Source: an uncultured Bacteroidales bacterium (GTDB taxonomy: Bacteria > Bacteroidota > Bacteroidia > Bacteroidales > Paludibacteraceae). Taken from it: a stretch of 50,324 nucleotides of DNA. The stretch lies in the NCBI GenBank assembly GCA_937896045.1, contig CALBKY010000031.1, forward strand, positions 1 to 50,324, read 5' to 3'. Positions 45,701 through 50,324 of this stretch are shown here, piece after piece. Both the position numbers and the translations under genes were made by a program. The notes beneath the pieces are model-generated. The model searched no databases, was not told where the DNA came from, and saw nothing but the letters and a program-made list of their open reading frames with translations. How positions within the stretch are numbered: the first letter of the stretch is position 1; each line of letters begins with the position of its first letter.

Positions 45701-45706
45701 CAATAG
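42704..45706 (+). CDS. Multidomain N-acetylmuramoyl-L-alanine amidase (Amidase_3) with a propeller-like N-terminus, CarboxypepD_reg-like and SbsA-Ig-like domains, and a T9SS-type tag
   Basis: Amidase_3 core at about 43430-44000 (IYINPGHGG...LSIHSNAG...GVISEGCMHDY). The C-terminus is YDLLGRPATAKQPRQVYIQNGKKHIINQ. Confidence 0.8.
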   Translation: MKRIFTLFACTALCIFANADIRVVSNTSLGKGYYPRFADDQTITCFSEENAGYDAVISGEALRVDNEDLTLNLYRNGVKTVLTPHGTDVNYIWASLSPNKQYILFNTMRGTAVCDLRGREIINFGKGLDAPVWYGNDYIVGMNDCSDSHQYTASSIVIASIDGTIRQTLTDPAEFGMYPAVDAVSGRIAYNTLDGDIRMLQLNLTEQPVRRQAPALKTLRDSRSKMFAAQRRRAATDAKPSDFRIYINPGHGGYTSDDRNIVIYPFAQGDTLGFYESTSNLHKGLKLDTMLRELGFQTKMSRVLNREIDDRELSAIVEEANAWNSDYMLSIHSNAGGPSNYVLMLYAGIDLDDTQQTYPTPTPCSDESREISTLIGNYFCENGITTWTSSVPRIAGDKTFARTAMGWSNGYGVLRGLRVPGVISEGCMHDYHPETYRLMNMDYKYKESFYFRKVFLEYFCHTGMPTGAIGGQVRDAFNKMLFPAITKIRNSRDELLPIDRATVDLLKDGKKIASYTTDTLYNGVFFFWDLEPGEYTLHADVDHYYTMDTTITVVANTIVYQDMMLQMRRETRPEVTSYSPNVAITDSVNVAEPIILNFNWDMWEEPTRKAFSISPAVEGTLTFENSQRTLRFTPKTVYAPDTEYTVTLVKTAAHPDTNYPNTLAEDFTFRFRTKNRPCLSVMQTYPAEGETGIDLKPSIFMLFDEKLHSASNYKLFSIANDSSVVFVPASRNFKKNTVDAPYGSVKIDVTTELQPNTQYKVVVEPTVKDTDNIILSTPFVLNFTTGSGAVADKEGELIMSLDDVAFSVEPDKTTALQDKTIRTGGSTKRTEGTGSNDIIYTFDPDEPDAQLFLKPLDLTHIFTSRDKLVIDIYGDFTMNDVYAEFSTAGDIHTYKLCNLDFIGWKTVTLDLSQTDLPVGVDFQFTGLSIVRTSVQPILCNTGEIFLDRLAIVKGQNTAVDDAPQTDSANAATYDLLGRPATAKQPRQVYIQNGKKHIINQ

Positions 45707-45743
45707 TACCCCATGTTCTCTCCAACCGTTCCTTGTGTCAAAC

Positions 45744-45776
45744 AGCAAGGGATACGCAAGGGATGAGCAAGGGATA
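45744..45776 (+). repeat. 11-bp-period tandem array AGCAAGGGATA x3
   Basis: AGCAAGGGATA / CGCAAGGGATG / AGCAAGGGATA, preceded by GTCAAAC. Same family as 24883 and 1841. Confidence 0.9.
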
Positions 45777-45832
45777 CAAAAGCGAAACCGATAAAAAACT
45801 TATAATCTATTAACTCTTAAAAAACAAACATT

Positions 45833-48800
45833 ATGAAGAAAATCTTTAGTCTCCTTGTTGTCGCTTTGGCAACAATGACGCTCTCCGCGCAGACCTTCAA
45901 GGTCACGTGGAATCTTGATGGTGGTTGTGCTAACCCGATGTGTGCTAACGACAAAGATGAGTTGTATAGTGCACTCAATGCAGACGTGAACGCCTTTTAT
46001 GGTTGGACTGCTGATTGGGGCAAGGTAAGCACATTTACCGCCGTTACAGAAGGTATGCCCTCTAAGGCAGGAAAATTTGACCTTACATTCTTTGCTGACC
46101 CTGCAATGAAGAATAAGTGGGGTTGGTTGCTTGACTATTGTGATGCGACTTGTGCTTCTCAAAAGGTAGGTGCAGATGGTAAAGACCTTGTTGCTCCGAG
46201 CAGCAATGCAAGTTATATGCGCTACAACATCAATGCGTTCTTCACCAACTTGGTACGTGCTAGTTGGCCGGTGTCCGCAGATTATAAGGATTGTGGTGTA
46301 GATGCTACAGATAAATGGATGGCGGCTTGGAAATATACATACAACTATCCCGAAGAAGTTGCTGCTTCCTATATATTGCCTACACCTATTAAAAAAGGTT
46401 ATACATTCCTTGGTTGGTTCAATGGTGAGAACAAAGTGGAGGCTATCTCTGCAGACACTGCTCTTACTGCTAAATACGAGGCTATTCAGTACAAGGTTAC
46501 TTGGGACCTCAATGGCGGTGTTTCTTCTTTGCTGAAAGGCTTAGACAAGGACGCTTTGTATAGTGCACTCAATGCAGACGTGAACGCCTTTTATGGTTGG
46601 ACTGCTGATTGGGGCAAGGTAAGCACATTTACCGCCGTTACAGAAGGTATGCCCTCTAAGGCAGGAAAATTTGACCTTACATTCTTTGCTGACCCTGCAA
46701 TGAAGAATAAGTGGGGTTGGTTGCTTGACTATTGTGATGCGACTTGTGCTTCTCAAAAGGTAGGTGCAGATGGTAAAGACCTTGTTGCTCCGAGCAGCAA
46801 TGCAAGTTATATGCGCTACAACATCAATGCGTTCTTCACCAACTTGGTACGTGCTAGTTGGCCGGTGTCCGCAGACTATAAAGATTGTGGTGTGGATTCA
46901 GAGGGGTGGAAATCTTATTTGGAGTTGCCTGCTACTGTTACAATTGACCAAACACTACCTACTCCGTACATGCTGGAATACAATTTCTTGGGTTGGTACA
47001 ATGGCGATACAAAGATTGAACATGTGGATGCGGATATGACTCTTACAGCAAAGTGGGAGCGTGCTATCTACAATGTAACATTTGTTGCTCCATTTGCATA
47101 TCCTAACCCGTTGTTTGCTGGTAACAAGGATATGATGTATGCAGAACTCAATGCAGATTACAACACATTCTATGGAGTAGAAACCGATTGGGGTGTATTG
47201 AGTACGTTTACTGCTGTTACAGAAGGTATGCCCTCTAAAGGTGGCAAGTTAGACCTCACTTTCTTCGCAGATAGTATGGTGGTTGATGGAGCAAAGACCC
47301 TCAATCCGATGAGTGTTAAATGGGGCTGGTTGCTTGAATACTGTGACTCTATTTGCGCTCGCCAAAAAGTAGGTGCAGATGGTAAAGACTTGGTTCTTCC
47401 GAGTACCAATGCAAGTTATGCACGTTACAATGTGAATGCGTTTTTCACCAACTTGGTACGTGCTAGTTGGCCGGTGTCCGCAGACTATAAGGATTGTGGT
47501 GTGGATGCAAAGGACCAAGAATGGAAGAAATTCTGGGGCTATGATTTTGTAATGCCGGACACCATTGTAGAGGACTACACTCTGCCTGTTATGTATCGCA
47601 AAAACTACGAGTTCAAGGGCTGGTATTGGAGCGAAGATTTCTCTGGAGACGAGGTGAAAGTAGTTCCTGTTAAGACGAATGGTTCTGTATATGCTAAATT
47701 TGAGGCTACAGATAAAGCACTTCTCGGTATTGCTCTTGACAAGAAAGATACAGTAGAGTTGCAAATGCCTGCAACTGACCAACTGACGGTTATCTACACT
47801 CCGGAAACGGCAGTTAATAAGAAAGTTGTTTGGTCTTCTTCCGACGAGAACGTATTGGTTGTTGACCAAAATGGTCTGGTGACACCTATGGCTCCCGGTA
47901 AAGCAACGATTAAGGTGGTATCTGACGAAAGCAAATTGGAGGCTTCTGTTGTTTACAACATCACTGCAGCCCCGGGTGCTGTCACAGGTGTTACGCTTGA
48001 CCAAACAAAGGTTACTTTGGATATGGGCAAGACGCTTCAACTCACTGCTACCATCGCTCCTGAAGATGCTACCAACAAGAAAGTTAATTGGACTTCCGAT
48101 AGCAAGGCGGCTTCTGTGGACGAGAACGGTCTTGTTAAGGCTGATACTATAGGTACTGCTACTATTACTGTTACTACTGAGGATGGTGGCTACACTGCTA
48201 CTTGCGTGGTTACCGTTCCTGAGCCTCTTGATGACATCGTTGTAGAGAAACTTTGGGAGGTTGCTATTCCTTCTACTGTGGCAAACATTGGTGATGTACG
48301 TAATGGTATGGGTTGGAATGGCAAATTCTATCTAACAGATAAGAAACAAAACAAGATTCGTGTGTTCTCTCAAGCAGGTGAAGATGCTGACGCTGCTATT
48401 CCTATGGCAGAAGGTGCTAATCTGGGTACAGGTATTGCTATTGATGACGCAGGAAACATTATCGTAAATGCAAACTTCCCGAGCGCAGATACTTGTGTTT
48501 ATATTGTGAAGAATGGCGAAACCAAGATGACAAAGATAGACTTTGCTTCTATGGGTGGTCGTTGTGACCATATCACTGCCTTTGGAGATGTGTTCTCTGA
48601 AGAAGGTGGATTAGTATTCTTCTATGCTCAAAACAAGGGACCTCAATATGTGAAGATATCCAAAGGTGAATTTGTGAAGAAAGATACCATAAAGGGAACA
48701 TTTACTCATAGTTCACAAGGACAAGCCCAAATTATTTATGGAACAGAAACAGAGTGTATTGCAAGCCAACGCGGTTCATTTGAGCATATGGTTGACGGAA

Positions 48801-50230
48801 TACTTGTTCCTCATGATGCGAAGAATATCGTTCTCAATGATGTGGGAGGTGCCGTTATGAATATCGGGGGCGAGAATGTTTGGGCCTATAAAGTCGGAAA
48901 TAATGGTGGTAAGGCCCATAGTTCAGAGTTCTCTATCCGCAATGTGACGACTCATCGTTTTGTGGCAGATAAGAATGGAGAAACCGTTCAATATGTTATT
49001 GACAACAAGCAAGATGCCTCGGGTAATTCTTGTGGTATTTTTGCTAAGGCTGAAAAGATAAATGAGTATGCATACTATTTGAATGTATTCTCTTCTCCTA
49101 AGGGTGCCGCTGTTTACAAGGTGTACAAGAATGTGCCTGTTGAGAGCATTGTCCTTGACAAGACGGCAGAGACCGTTAAGGCTGGCGACAAACTCCAACT
49201 CACGGCTACTATCACTCCTGCTTATGCTACCGTTCAAGACGTAGAGTGGAGTACATCTGACTCGGCTGTTGCTATCGTGGACCAAAACGGTCTTGTACAG
49301 GCTGTCAGCGCAGGTGAGGCTACTATCACCGCTACTACCAAAGACGGCAACCATACTGCTACTTGCACGCTCACCGTCAAGGCTGTTCTCTACAAGAAAG
49401 CTACTTCGGCAGAGCAACTCATTGCCGGCAAGAAGATGCTTATCGTCAACGGCGACTCTATCACGATGGCGGAAGCACGCACCAACAATTTCGGTTCTGT
49501 GGCTGTCACTCCTAATGAAGACGGCGTGATTGACAACGTACCCGCTGAGGCTACGGTCATCACATTGGAGAAAGACTCGGTATTCTCGTTCGCAATTGAT
49601 GGCGGCTATATCACTGCCACCACTGCTGGTTCCAACTATCTGAGAGTTGATAAGGAGCGTACATCACTCACAGGTTGGGATATTACGATTGCCGAGAACG
49701 GTGCGGCGGGTATCGTATGCCATGACCCCGAATCGGAACGCAATACTATCCGTTTCAACGAGAACAAGGGCAATCCTATCTTCTCTGCTTACAAGGCAGA
49801 TAATAAGATGGAAGATGTTGCTATCTACATTGAGTTTGAGCCTGTTACCTACAACGTAACTGTGCCTGCCGGAACGAATATGTGCTACATCGTAGGTGCT
49901 ATGACCGACTCATGGACGCAGTTCGTAGAGATGGAAATGGTGGACGCTACCCACTACACCATCACGCTTGACAATGCTGCCAAGACAGACGAGTACAAAT
50001 ACACTTGCGGTCCTGACTGGAAGTATGTAGAGAAGAACGCTGACGGCTCCGAGCGCGGCAATCGTACCTGGGCTGAGCAGGATGTAGTAGAGGCTTGGGC
50101 TGAAATCTACAATGCAGTAGAGGACATCCATATTGATGCTAACACCATCGAGAAAGTCATCATCGACGGTAATCTCTACATCATCCGTGGCGGCAAACTC
50201 TACAACGCCAACGGTGCCGTAGTCCGCTAA
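45833..50230 (+). CDS. Giant secreted protein (1465 aa): 3 split Listeria-Bacteroides repeat modules, 3 Big_2 domains, a propeller-like domain, a CBM-like domain, and a C-terminal tag
   Basis: Signal peptide. Modules at about 45893-46480, 46481-47060 and 47061-47706. Big_2 signatures (VVWSSSDENVLVVDQNGLVT, VNWTSDSKAASVDENGLVKA, VEWSTSDSAVAIVDQNGLVQA). It ends DGNLYIIRGGKLYNANGAVVR. Confidence 0.85.
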   Translation: MKKIFSLLVVALATMTLSAQTFKVTWNLDGGCANPMCANDKDELYSALNADVNAFYGWTADWGKVSTFTAVTEGMPSKAGKFDLTFFADPAMKNKWGWLLDYCDATCASQKVGADGKDLVAPSSNASYMRYNINAFFTNLVRASWPVSADYKDCGVDATDKWMAAWKYTYNYPEEVAASYILPTPIKKGYTFLGWFNGENKVEAISADTALTAKYEAIQYKVTWDLNGGVSSLLKGLDKDALYSALNADVNAFYGWTADWGKVSTFTAVTEGMPSKAGKFDLTFFADPAMKNKWGWLLDYCDATCASQKVGADGKDLVAPSSNASYMRYNINAFFTNLVRASWPVSADYKDCGVDSEGWKSYLELPATVTIDQTLPTPYMLEYNFLGWYNGDTKIEHVDADMTLTAKWERAIYNVTFVAPFAYPNPLFAGNKDMMYAELNADYNTFYGVETDWGVLSTFTAVTEGMPSKGGKLDLTFFADSMVVDGAKTLNPMSVKWGWLLEYCDSICARQKVGADGKDLVLPSTNASYARYNVNAFFTNLVRASWPVSADYKDCGVDAKDQEWKKFWGYDFVMPDTIVEDYTLPVMYRKNYEFKGWYWSEDFSGDEVKVVPVKTNGSVYAKFEATDKALLGIALDKKDTVELQMPATDQLTVIYTPETAVNKKVVWSSSDENVLVVDQNGLVTPMAPGKATIKVVSDESKLEASVVYNITAAPGAVTGVTLDQTKVTLDMGKTLQLTATIAPEDATNKKVNWTSDSKAASVDENGLVKADTIGTATITVTTEDGGYTATCVVTVPEPLDDIVVEKLWEVAIPSTVANIGDVRNGMGWNGKFYLTDKKQNKIRVFSQAGEDADAAIPMAEGANLGTGIAIDDAGNIIVNANFPSADTCVYIVKNGETKMTKIDFASMGGRCDHITAFGDVFSEEGGLVFFYAQNKGPQYVKISKGEFVKKDTIKGTFTHSSQGQAQIIYGTETECIASQRGSFEHMVDGILVPHDAKNIVLNDVGGAVMNIGGENVWAYKVGNNGGKAHSSEFSIRNVTTHRFVADKNGETVQYVIDNKQDASGNSCGIFAKAEKINEYAYYLNVFSSPKGAAVYKVYKNVPVESIVLDKTAETVKAGDKLQLTATITPAYATVQDVEWSTSDSAVAIVDQNGLVQAVSAGEATITATTKDGNHTATCTLTVKAVLYKKATSAEQLIAGKKMLIVNGDSITMAEARTNNFGSVAVTPNEDGVIDNVPAEATVITLEKDSVFSFAIDGGYITATTAGSNYLRVDKERTSLTGWDITIAENGAAGIVCHDPESERNTIRFNENKGNPIFSAYKADNKMEDVAIYIEFEPVTYNVTVPAGTNMCYIVGAMTDSWTQFVEMEMVDATHYTITLDNAAKTDEYKYTCGPDWKYVEKNADGSERGNRTWAEQDVVEAWAEIYNAVEDIHIDANTIEKVIIDGNLYIIRGGKLYNANGAVVR
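45962..46281 (+). repeat. 320-bp perfect direct repeat, copy 1 (copy 2 at 46556-46875)
   Basis: The offset is exactly 594 bp (198 codons). The identical antisense ORF translations in the track (45800-46162 and 46541-46756) confirm the identity. Confidence 0.95.
46556..46875 (+). repeat. 320-bp perfect direct repeat, copy 2
   Basis: See copy 1. The first mismatch is at 46282 versus 46876 (T versus C). Confidence 0.95.
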
Positions 50231-50270
50231 ACCTATTGCCCGAAAGGGATAATAGAACCATACAAACAGA

Positions 50271-50316
50271 AGAGGCTGTCTAACAATGCAAAGTTGTTGG
50301 GCAGTCTTTTGTTTTT
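50271..50316 (+). terminator. Intrinsic terminator of the locus
   Basis: AGAGGCTGTCTAACAA(50271-50286)/TTGTTGGGCAGTCTTT(50294-50309) with G-U pairs, followed by TGTTTTT. Confidence 0.7.
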
Positions 50317-50324
50317 ATCAGGAG

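Overview
This looks like a chromosomal segment from a Bacteroidota genome, probably Prevotella-like. The evidence is TAnnTTTG -7 promoter boxes in front of most transcription units, no Shine-Dalgarno sequences, a SusC/SusD pair, a PorW/SprE-like lipoprotein, and many proteins ending in T9SS-type C-terminal tags. I found no rRNA, tRNA, CRISPR, transposase or integrase. The left half (1-24.8 kb) is mostly housekeeping: the queuosine precursor genes queF-queC-queD and queE, cobB, tsaB, a PorW-like TPR lipoprotein, a phosphoethanolamine transferase, alkaline phosphatase, two AraC-type regulators, a ClpB lacking its N-domain, a patatin-like lipase, a GT2 glycosyltransferase, and an amino-sugar block (NagB-LmbE fusion, MurK-like kinase, MurQ). 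The right half (25.3-50.2 kb) is one co-oriented SusC/SusD locus. Its enzymes are not lipoproteins but signal-peptide proteins with short C-terminal sorting tags: a DigH/YddW-like GHL10 hydrolase, two tandem phosphodiester glycosidases (NAGPA family), a multidomain Amidase_3 protein, and two large proteins built from split Listeria-Bacteroides repeats. My lead hypothesis (inference) is that this is a T9SS-coupled locus that harvests peptidoglycan and phosphodiester-linked wall polymers and feeds the adjacent MurK/MurQ/NagB genes. Other signals worth a second look are several families of exactly 11-bp-period tandem arrays in intergenic DNA, an AT-rich multi-stop cassette directly before five start codons, REP-like GC hairpins, a 90%-identical duplicated queE 3' end bracketing a 2.6-kb insert, a 320-bp perfect in-frame duplication in the 1465-aa gene, a roughly 190-nt structured RNA candidate, and a possible pseudoknot leader before queF.
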